From: Psammoneis japonica
Lineage: Eukaryota
Direction of reading: 5' to 3'
Assembly (NCBI GenBank): GCA_008632985.1
Contig: QPGO01000180.1
Coordinates: 1-34,084, forward strand
DNA length: 34,084 nucleotides
The position numbers and the translations under genes were made by a program. Positions 11,420-21,282 of the stretch are shown here, one piece after another (the stretch's first letter is position 1; each line of letters starts with the position of its first letter). The notes under the pieces were generated by a model, which saw nothing but the letters and a program-made list of their open reading frames with translations, was not told the DNA's origin and searched no databases.

Positions 11420-14400
11420 TGTCCAACTGCCCACAAAGGCTTGTTGGAACTTTTGAAACTTCTTGCCCTGTGATGGCTTTGTCATGAAGTCTCAGTGTTG
11501 TCAGCAGGACAACACTGTGCTTGTGAGCTGTCCTTCTTCTCAATTTGAGCAGCAACAAAGAAAAAATGCAGAATGTTGAGTGCTTGTGACTGCTTGCCGG
11601 CACTCTTGCACCCATCAGCTTCCAGCAGGATGGTGCTCTTGTTGTCCTGGCATGGGATGTTCTTGTCAATTGGGTGCTTTTGGTGCTCCATGAATGACTT
11701 TTGTCCATGGCATCATGGTCACAGCATCATCAACTCCAACAAGCTCAGCTTCCATGCTGCTTCAGGTGTTGAGCTTCTGGTGCTTCAAAGCAGCCTGCAC
11801 TTCTCCATTGCTCGTTGTCACAACACCTTCAGCGTGGCTCTTGAAATTGAAATGTGCTGCAAATGATGTGCCCGCATGCCACTTGACAACTTGGAGGTCC
11901 TCATGCTTCATGATTGATGCAGCAACTTTGTTTCTTGTCTGGTTCAAACACTTGAGACAATGGACTGGCTTCCCCCCAATCTTGTTGGCAGGAGATCTTG
12001 CCCACATGCATGATGTGGTGACAGTGGGGCGCACATCCATTTGGCCTCTCTTGGACACACAAGTGTTCCCTTGGCCACTGACATCAAAGGTTTGAGCCTT
12101 CTCATCTGACAATCTTGTTGCAGCGTGCATGCAGACAAAAGGTTGTTTTTGTCATGACATTTGTGACTTTTAAAGGCTGCAACACATCACCGTGATGCAT
12201 CAACTCTTGCAAGCAGCTGGGTGTTGCATGATGCATGGGGAGGAGTGCAACATCCAGCTGCACGTGAGAGTCAATGCATCATGGCGACATGTTGCAGCCT
12301 TTAAAAGTCACAAAGGTCGTGACAAAAACAACCTTTTGTCTGCATGCATGCTGCATTGTTGTCAGGTGTCAAATGTCTTCTCTCTCTGCATGGTGTCATG
12401 GCAAAATCTGCACTCTTTAACTTTTCCAGAACAAGTTGATTGATCATCTTGCAAACATGGTCTGCCATGTTGACTTTCACTTTGCCCTTTTGGCTGAAGT
12501 TCAGGGTCATGCCAAGATGGTCATGTCTCCTCCTTTGTGCAGCAATGACTTCACCATGATGGCTTCCACACATCTCATTTAGCCAGCCCAAAAATTTGTC
12601 ATTTGCTTTTGGGTTCTTGTGGTTTGATGACAACAGGTCATCAACATGGAATTAAATCATGTGCTGCTTGCCATTGACAGTTTGATTGGCAATGCACAGA
12701 TCATGTGGGTTGAATTTAGACCCTGTCTTCTCCAAGTCTTGGTGCAACCAAACATGCCACAGCGAAGTCGTGTGACCAACATGCCACAGATGGCTCTGAT
12801 GACTTTAATGCAAAGGACTCTCTTGCCTTTCTCTGGGGCCAAACAAGGTCTGTGCAGGTTGGCATCAATGCTTTCTGGCATGTCCACTGGCACTCCTGTG
12901 ATCTTCATTGCCAGGAACATGAGCACTCGTTTCACATTGCAGCCTTTGTGGGCATGAACAATTTCAAATTGCCGTCATTTACATCCCCACAAGGCATGCA
13001 GCAAGGCTGGCTGACTTGTCTTTGTCCGGCCATTCTCAGGTCACTTTGCCACCACAAATCATTCACCTTTTTGTGCAATTGTTTTAATTCTTGGTGCTGA
13101 CACACTGGTGCAAAGCACACTCAGTCATGCAACTGTTTGTTGATTGCTTTCTCTGAGGCATCACACCCCTTCTGCCAAATGCTTCAAGGCCTTCATGGAG
13201 CAAATGTTGCTGGCAAAACATGCACCCTCTCCACTTTGGAGTTGGCCATCAATCTCACACAGCAAGTGTGCGGCCATTGCTGTCTCTGCTTCATGTTCAA
13301 TGTCATCCTCTGGATTGGGACTTGTGTTGGGCTTGTGTTGCTCCTTCACCACTTTTCCGGCATCTGCCACTCCTTCAAATTGAGCTTTCTTCTCTTGGTG
13401 TTTGTGTGACGCCATGTTGAAGGATGCCCTGAGTGTTTTGCCACTTCTTGCAGCTCTGCTTGACACAGCTGTTGTTTCTTCCTCCAGTCATTCACCTTCC
13501 CATCTTGTTTTTTCCTGGGATTCTTTGTCCTCTTTGGACTCTTCACTCTCACAGTGTTCATCTTCTGGGTCATCGTTGACCTCTTGCTCTTCTTGAGCTT
13601 TGCATTGTCAATCAGGGCTGGTCCTTTTGTCAGCCATTGTGTGTTGTCTGCTTCATCACATTCATCATCTGAGAGACAGGTTCATCTTGACAGTCTTCAT
13701 CTTCTGACTCAGTTGCACAGCTTGCACCACATTTGCTTTCTTTGCTTTTGTCATCCCTGTTGTGGTTGCTTTTGGTTTTGTTGTTGTCCACTCCTGCAGT
13801 CCAATCAGCATTGCCTAAATTGTCTCCACATTTTCCCACAAATTTGAACTCCTGCTTGATGCCTTGTCCAATGGTCACATCCTTGACAGCTGCAACATGC
13901 TTGTTGGTCAAGGAAATCTCATGGAGGTGCACTTGCAGGGATTCAATGACTTGTTGCCCATGTGCACCAGGTTCATGGCATGGTGTCTGCGCCTTTTGGC
14001 AAACCAAAATGTGGTCACAGGCAGATGCTGCCAACACCATGTGCTTCTGCAGCATTTGTTTTCTCACTCTTGATGTGGGAAATGACAAGTTCCCCAAACT
14101 CAAGCTGAAAGTGTTTGTTGCAGTCAAGGTCACTTGACAGTGTGTGTGGACTGCGTTGGAAATCCCTTCCTTTTGCAGGCACACATTAAACATGGCAGTG
14201 TTCTTTATCTTGGCTTGCTCGCACATCAGCTTGGGTGTCATCTTTTGTGGCACATGATTGCAGTGGCTCTGGTTTGCTCCCTGATGGTTTGAATGTTCTG
14301 CTCAACCTCCAGAATGTGGTCCTTGGCATTTGCAGATGTGAGTTCTAGAGTCATGCCATCCACAACTTGGAGCCACACTTGACAAAGTCAATCTTGAACA

Positions 14401-16280
14401 GGGCCACATTGTGCTGTCAGAGAATCATGTCCAAGGCTTTGCAAATGTGATCATGCTTCTTGGACCTCAGCATCACACTCAATTGACATTTGATTGTCTT
14501 GTCAACTGCGCGCAGCAACTCAGCACCTCATTCTTCCATGACATCAATGCAGAGGGTCACACCTTCTCTTTGCTTCTCATGAATTTCAGGTGAAATGTCA
14601 ACAATGTCATTCCTCTCACAGGAACAACATGCACACTTGGTCTTGCCTTTCAGTGCATCTGTTGGTGGACCCCAAATGGCTGTCATTCTGTCCACATCTT
14701 CAGGGATGATGGGTGGGTTCTGCACCTGATTGGACTGCAAAAGCAGCTTGAGATCCCTTGCACTGGGCATTCCAGCCTTGCAGTGCAGTCTGAGTGCTTC
14801 CTCATTGCCCACCACTTCTCATTCTTTAGTGCAGCTTTTCACATTCTGTTTCACAGCAGTGACAATTGCTCCTGATGAACTCCTGTGCTTCTTGTCCATC
14901 TTCTTCATGACCTTCTTGTCCTTTGACAGCATGCTCACATGAAACTCATCTTTTTGGAGCTCTTTTGCATGGTTGAGGAATCGCTGGCTTGGTGCAAATG
15001 CATGCAGTCTGATGTCATTGACTTTAAAGACCATGACTTGTTTTCCACAGTCTTCTCATCTGGTGGATGGAGCTCACCTGCTGCCTTGTTGTCATGTGCA
15101 ACATGGTGCTTGCTCTTCACATCTTTTAGACTCAGGATTTTTGCCATCATGCTCTGTGACCCAAGCTTCACATCACTCTGTCCTGGCATTGTGCAGCATT
15201 CATCCAAATCCTTTGTTGGTGGACAGATTGATTTTGATCATTGCTGGTCACACATTGTGCACTGGTTTCCAGCTTGCCGCCATGCTGAGGGCAGAGCCAT
15301 TGTCAAGGATGATCTCATCTGACTTGATGCCCCTGTTGGCTTGGCTCAAACTCATCTGTGACCTTTCATTGGCCTGTTCATCTGCTTGGAACCCATGTCA
15401 AACAAGATTTCTCTTGCTCTTGCCAGAGCTTGCTGATTGACTGGATCTGTGGTGGGTGCCCACACTGATGTTGTGTGGCTGCTCACTGATTCAAACAGTC
15501 TTCATCTTTTTGTGCATGACTGTGTCCCCTGGCAACCGGTTTCCCGCCGATGTCTTCTTGTGCCATCCTTCTGCAGGATCTCATCCCTGTGCTTGCAGTC
15601 TGGGGCTTGTGGTTTGGCACACTCAGGGCATGACCATGGTCTTGTGGGTTCCTGGACTTGTTGTCAGCCCTGTTTCCATTCTTGTTGCTGGGACAATCAT
15701 TGTTCTTTTTGTTGTGATGCTTGCAAGGGTCGTTGTTTTTTAGATCATTCAGTGGCACATCCATTGCCTTCTCAAGGGTCTTCAGATGTGGGTCAATTCC
15801 TGGACCACAATCTCTCACAAGGCTTTGCTTGAGGCTCTTGCAGCATCGGTCATCACTGCTCTCCATGAACAGAGGCATGTGGTCCACCATGTCTCATGTG
15901 CTGGCATCATTTGGCACCTGCTGTGCTGTGCCAATGCTGTTCTTGCACTCCTTGGCATTATCAACAAAGCCATCTGGCATTCTGCTGCCAAGACCATTGC
16001 TTGTGGCATCTTGTTGACTCATAAATCTTGATGGGCAGCCAATCAGTGATTCACCCTCTTGTTGTTGCATGTCCGACATGTGCTTGAGAGACTTGGCAAG
16101 TGTGCAGAATGGATGTTGACCTCTCTCACAGAGTCAAACATTGGTGGCTGGATCAGCTTCAACAGCTTGACAGGGTCATCTCTGAAGCTCTTGCATTTGT
16201 GATCGGCTGGCACTCTTTGACTCATGAGCTTGGTGTGCAGCAATCATCTGGGATCACTGCACACCACCCAGAAAATCCAC
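11420..16280 (-). mobile_element. Degenerate Ty1/copia LTR-retrotransposon internal region (diatom CoDi-like): gag-PR-INT-RT-RNaseH
   Basis: Gag DDPVKLLKLIQ and PHLKTLEKAMDV (about 15700-16275). Protease IILDNGSALS (about 15300). Integrase IWGPPTDALKGKT, VTLCIDVM and DHILEVEQNIQTIRE (about 13900-14830). RT RAICGML, FHVDDLLSS and DHLGMTLNFS (about 12000-13100). RNase H QKLNT*SSMEAELVGVDD, QDNKSTILLE and MTKPSQGKKF (about 11420-11910). Many stops and frameshifts. No LTR pair found. Confidence 0.93.
12119..12355. mobile_element. Foldback/MITE-like element: about 110-bp inverted arms around a 17-bp spacer, inserted in the copia RT
   Basis: The left arm TGCAGCGTGCATGCAGACAAAAGGTTGTTTTTGTC matches the reverse complement of the right arm, which ends ...GACAAAAACAACCTTTTGTCTGCATGCATGCTGCA. 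Flanked by direct repeats TTGT at 12115-12118 and 12356-12359. Confidence 0.85.
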
Positions 16281-17640
16281 AACAATGGCTGGCCTCCCAG
16301 CACAGAAGGAGCAAGCTCAAAGTGAGCAATGGACAAACAAGAGTGACAGAGCATGGCTGCACATGGGTGAGCAACATGCTGGCAAAGTCATGCACACAGA
16401 GCACCAAACAAAAAAATGTCAAGCATGGCACCACCACATGTGTGGCCCACACCAAAGACAAAAGACAAGCGCAGTCAATCAAATTTTCTCTGTGTGCAGG
16501 GTCATCAGAAAACACAATGCCAGCCTTTTTGTTGTGCTGTTTCCAGTGCTGCATCACTGGAACCTGCTTGCCACCCAGCAGGGAGGAGCACAGTCAAAGG
16601 CCAGGGGGAGGCAGCTCAAAGCTGTGGCATTGCACAGACTCCTGGTCTGTGGCAAGAGTGGCGGCACTTTTGGTCTCATCTTGCTCAAGCAGGTTTTGAC
16701 AAGACATGCCAAAACACATGAGCAACGCAACAGAATTTGGGGCATTTTTGCTGATTTGCAGAGAGGAGGTGCAAAGTCTTGCATGTGTCCACCACAGCTG
16801 TGCCAGAAAGAGTTGTCTCTGGGCTTCCAGAGAAGAGCTTCACAAACAAACAGAGTGTTTTTCATGTGACAACTGGGGTTTGGTTGCCCCAATGACTGGA
16901 GAGGCTGACCATCTTTTTGCTGCCCAATGGCACCCACCCACAAGAACAACTCTTGGATTTAGAAAGAAATTGCAAGGGAGTTGCACAAATGAAGACACAC
17001 CTGAAACTGTGCAGCATGCTGCAGCACAAGCATCTGAACCTGCATCACTGCCCCAGGTTTCATTTTTGAAGCACTGAAAAATGTGACATCTTGTGTGACA
17101 GAACAACTTTTTCAACCATGACACTCTTCCAACTTCTTGTCAAACACACAATGTGGTGCAACTCTTTCCCTGTGACAAAGTCAGGGCATGGGCCAGATCT
17201 CTCATGGCTGTGACCTGGCAGCCAGGTGTGCATCAACTCAATGTTTGGCACACAGTGTTGCCAAAGCAAACAAGTCAGCCACATGATGGCTGACTTGCAA
17301 CATTTTGGAGATTGGAACCAAAAGAGGCAGACTTCAGGTGGCCTCTCAGGCCTCAGAGTTGGGGAGACAATGTTAGCCTTGAGTTGTGAATTTCTCGTCT
17401 TTAGAGCACGGCAGGTGTGTGTCTTTCTCTGTTTCCAAATGCTTGGAAAACTACGATATTTCATAAACTCTGTAAGATGTCGTTTGTTTGCTCTACGTAA
17501 TCCAGCATATTATCACGATTCGAGTCCAGGAAATCACCGTTTCCGTCAAATCATTCGTCAATGACTATTGGGCGCCTTTGTACACGAAAATTCCTTAAAC
17601 AAGCCAATCCAACCATTGCTACTTAGTCTCAAACCAACAG

Positions 17641-19235
17641 TTAGGCAGTAAGGAGCTGCCAAGCTTGCATCCACTTATTTCCTGCTGATGAGGTGCTTTT
17701 CCGTTGGTCATAATCGGGAACAAGAAGATCCGATGCATCCGTAACAGGTTTGAAGCCCTCAGGGAAAACATCGCTTTGGGCAAGAGTGCTGCATTCGGTT
17801 GGAGTGGCGCAATAGACTGCTTGTACAATTTCCTGAAAGGTCACCCATCGGTTCTCTGCAGCTGACTTGTCCGCAGCAATCGCCATGATGAGAGCCACGA
17901 GACCATCTTCTCCAGTGCACGGGACAGGCGTGTCGTTCACGAGAGAATCACAAAAGGCAACCGTCTCCATGACATAGGCCTCATTGTATCGAGAGAGGAA
18001 GAAGTCATAAGGCATGTCGGCGTTTCCAGTGAACTCTGTATGTCGATCGTGCTGGTGAGCCAGATGTGACAATGAATAACTCCAATGTCAACCGCAAATT
18101 TGTAGGAAAGCAATTGTGACTTACCGCTCTTGAAAACTTTGGCAGTATTTGGGTAAACATTGTCTGTTTGGATCATTCCTTTGGTTCCAAGTACCTCGGC
18201 ACGTTGGTCGTAGCCATACGAAGATTGGCGGCACACATCAACCATTGCCGTCACGCCGTCCGGGTAACGAACAACGCAGGATGCCGTATCGTATTTCTCG
18301 GACCCTTCCAAGACTTCGATAGACTTATCAATATGAGTGGATCCAACAGCAAAGATCTCAACTGGATCAGTTCCCGCAAGGAATCGAGACATGTCCTACG
18401 AAAACGCCAAATAATCAATTGCTGTGAACCTTAGTCCCAATAGCATAAAAACTTTACAAACAACAAGTGATCAAGACCTACCAAATCGTGAACAGCCATG
18501 TCTGCAAATATGCCTCCGCCACCCTTGACGTACTCAAACGGAGGAGGTGCAGGATCACGGGAGCACAATTTAATCATGATGTTTTTCCCAACTTCGTTAC
18601 CTTCGATGGCAGTTTTGACGCGTCGAAAGTTCTGATCAAAACGTCTCTGCAAACCAATCATTAGTTTGACACCAGCTTCGTTACAGGCGTTAATGGCCTC
18701 AACGGTCTCCGGCAAGTCTGTAGCGATTGGCTTTTCACAAAAAACGTGCTTTCCATGTTCGGCGCAAGCCTTGATTTGATCGGCGTGGTATTGAGACGGA
18801 GAGCAAATCCAAACAGCGTCCACTTCCTCATCGGTAATGACATCCATTGCGTCATCACTGAACCTGGGAACACCAAAATCAGCAGCGGCTGGAAAGAAAA
18901 ACAAAGAGTGTGGGTGAGGTTCTGGCTTGTCTTCTTCCCCTACTTCGCAATCGGGGTTGACAATACATCAGCCGCAACATACCTTTCTCGGCCTTCGAAA
19001 TTGTGGGATTGGAGACAATTACGGGAGTGACGTTTGGAGCTTTTGTAATGGCCCCAAGATGCACCAAACCGATTCGTCCACACCCAATGACGCCGACCTT
19101 GATGTTCTTTTCGGCGGAAGATGCTTCGACATTCATCTTGAGAGCCGATAGTCGGGTCCCGGGACTATTATTTGTGAATGCAAAACCCTCAACTTCAGGA
19201 GCAAGAATCGCGAGAAAAACGGCAGCTATCCTCAT
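17641..19235 (-). CDS. Myo-inositol 2-dehydrogenase-like Gfo/Idh/MocA oxidoreductase, copy 2, probably plastid-targeted
   Basis: Near-identical protein to copy 1 with the same intron positions (18889-18982, 18396-18481, 18036-18124). Signal peptide MRIAAVFLAILAPEVEG-F. Confidence 0.92.
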
Positions 19236-20075
19236 TTTCCGGCTGCGTACAATTTCAACCACTTGTCCTTAGAGTAGAAGCTTGGACAACGAGTTGTGAA
19301 GAAATGAAACAACCGATGACTTCTTCGTCTGCGGACCTTATGTTCGACATACGACACCAGTTTTCCGCGTCGTTGCACGTCGAACAATTCTTCGGGTTCC
19401 ACCCACGCACGTCAGTTCTTTTTGGCGCACCCTTGGCGGTTTTGAAAATTTGACATCACATCATGGACAATTTCTCCACGAAATCCACAGTATCAGATAT
19501 ACATACGGCCCATTCAAATAAAATCACTACTTGTATTTGTATGAGACATCTGTTCGCTGGTCAGACAGTTTCCTGGAATGACGTGGAGTCGGCGGGAACT
19601 TCCTCTTGACATACAGTACATCCTTTTTTTCTTCTTCTCCAGGAGAGCGTTGCCGACATGTTTTGAATGAATTTAGATGCGTCCGTGTCAATTGCAGCAC
19701 CTCGTGTTGTCCGCTAAGCAAACGTCATGCTTGACAGCAATTTACTGTACCTCTTTGTGAGTATTGGTGGTATTTTCTCTCGGTTACTTTGACGCCGCGG
19801 AAACAGGGTCTTCTGCGGGCGGCCTTGCGTGCTCGATTCACTCGATTGGCCATCATCGGTTGACTGAAACTCTCGTGATGAAATACGGCTTTCGATTGAT
19901 ATCCCAAAGATACTCTTGCTGAGCTAGTTTGAGTAGGCGTATTTGTGATGCAAAGTTCCTAGTGTTGTCACAATTGTGGCACAACGCCAAAGTGCACGTG
20001 TTTTACCTTCCCACTACGGTACGAGGAGATTCAAGCGGACAAAGTCCGTGCTCCCATTTCTTGGTAGCAGGTACA

Positions 20076-20993
20076 CTATGATTCAGTCCACCAGTTTTGT
20101 TCATAGCAGGCATGTGGTTGCTGCCCTTCGAGACAGTGACTGCATTTTCGAATGCTCCTGACGCTCGGCGCGTCCGCTGGCTCCAAGACGGCTTCAATGT
20201 ATCGCTGAATATCAGCAAACGTTGTGTCCTCGATCAAGCTTCCTCGATACGTGGGTACATATATTGCATTACCATAATTGTAGCGACAGTTCTGCGGCGT
20301 GTTTTCAACCAACAAGGTCGTGTCTGGTTTGAAATCTTTCGTCGCTGAATCAGAACTGTACCAGACCTTACGAAGATCCTTGACGTGACGGCACGGACAG
20401 TTCATAAAGTAGTTACTTTCGCAGGCGCATCGGCTGCATCTTTTGCTGTAGAATTCACACCAGCGACAGTGCCTGCCCTCCAATGTATCGGGGCGTGCGT
20501 GTTTGTTTGCATTCCATCTCTCTTTCCGCATCTGGTCCCCGTCCCACACAAAGTCAAAGAGTCTGTGGCAGTGCCTTCCTTGGCAGCTTTCCTGATGGCT
20601 CTTTTTAGTATTGCTTTCTTCCTGCAATGATGCCTTGGTACATATTTTTCGGGCAACGGTGTCGGCCCAGGACGAATGGGCTGCCGTCCACAAAGCCAAG
20701 CGGTGACCACGTGCCCTGCACCACAGAAGGAATTCAACACCATGCGGCCGCATCACAATGCCTCGCATAAATGACGCTCCGTCACGACTGAATTCTGCAA
20801 TCAAAGTCCCGTCAATGTCCAAAACGATTCCCAAGGAACGTCGTTCACGGGTGATGGTGTTGGTTGGTGGTGACATTGCTTCGTCGTTCCCGGCAGCAGT
20901 TCCAGCTGTTCTCGGCTCGTTTGCGGACCGGAGAGTTCCCTCTCCCCCCTCGTTATGTGCCTCTCCTTCTTTGCGTTTTTCTGCTTTCTTCAT
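20076..20993 (-). CDS. NIF/FCP1-like HAD-superfamily phosphatase with Cys/His-rich inserts
   Basis: IVLDIDGTL (DxDxT), RPHGVEFL, LWTAA, KDLRKVW and TLLVENTPQN...NYGNAIYVPTY motifs. Confidence 0.8.
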   Translation of the reverse strand: MKKAEKRKEGEAHNEGGEGTLRSANEPRTAGTAAGNDEAMSPPTNTITRERRSLGIVLDIDGTLIAEFSRDGASFMRGIVMRPHGVEFLLWCRARGHRLALWTAAHSSWADTVARKICTKASLQEESNTKKSHQESCQGRHCHRLFDFVWDGDQMRKERWNANKHARPDTLEGRHCRWCEFYSKRCSRCACESNYFMNCPCRHVKDLRKVWYSSDSATKDFKPDTTLLVENTPQNCRYNYGNAIYVPTYRGSLIEDTTFADIQRYIEAVLEPADAPSVRSIRKCSHCLEGQQPHACYEQNWWTES

Positions 20994-21282
20994 TTCTTTT
21001 GGTATGATGTATGATGCTTGTTGACGAGGCTGAGGGCGAGCGAAATACTGTCGGCATGTTGTGTAAAATAAAAAAAAAGTTCAGACGTGCGTTGAAACGT
21101 GCGATGACCTAATTTGAATAGCACCGTGAATCCCGGAAGCACGGACAGGCGACGTTGTGATTTTTTGGTTTTTTGATTTCTTCTCAACCGCAAGATGACA
21201 GAAGATATGACGGCGACAACGCTTTGATGTCTTTTGTCTTTTCCCTCGTTGTAATTTTCGGCAAGCTTTACATGTATCAATA

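Larger units (their letters stand above)
9640..17440. other. Large TpA/CpG-depleted hypermutated block containing transposon relics
   Basis: No TA seen between 9635 and 12170 and roughly 20 in the whole 7.8 kb. Normal composition resumes at about 17450. Confidence 0.9.

Noticed and set aside
9640..17440. Dozens of overlapping Cys/His-rich ORFs on both strands as novel small or metal-binding proteins
   Set aside because: Loss of TA removes TAA/TAG stops and Tyr codons, which inflates ORFs in all frames. The recognisable pieces are copia fragments.
9640..17440. Alternative genetic code or foreign DNA insertion as the cause of the Tyr-free sequence
   Set aside because: TA loss is frame-independent and also affects the non-coding foldback element, and the ORFs are broken by stops and frameshifts.
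9500..17450. Paired LTRs and a target-site duplication bounding the whole block
   Set aside because: No direct repeat between the two ends could be found by eye.
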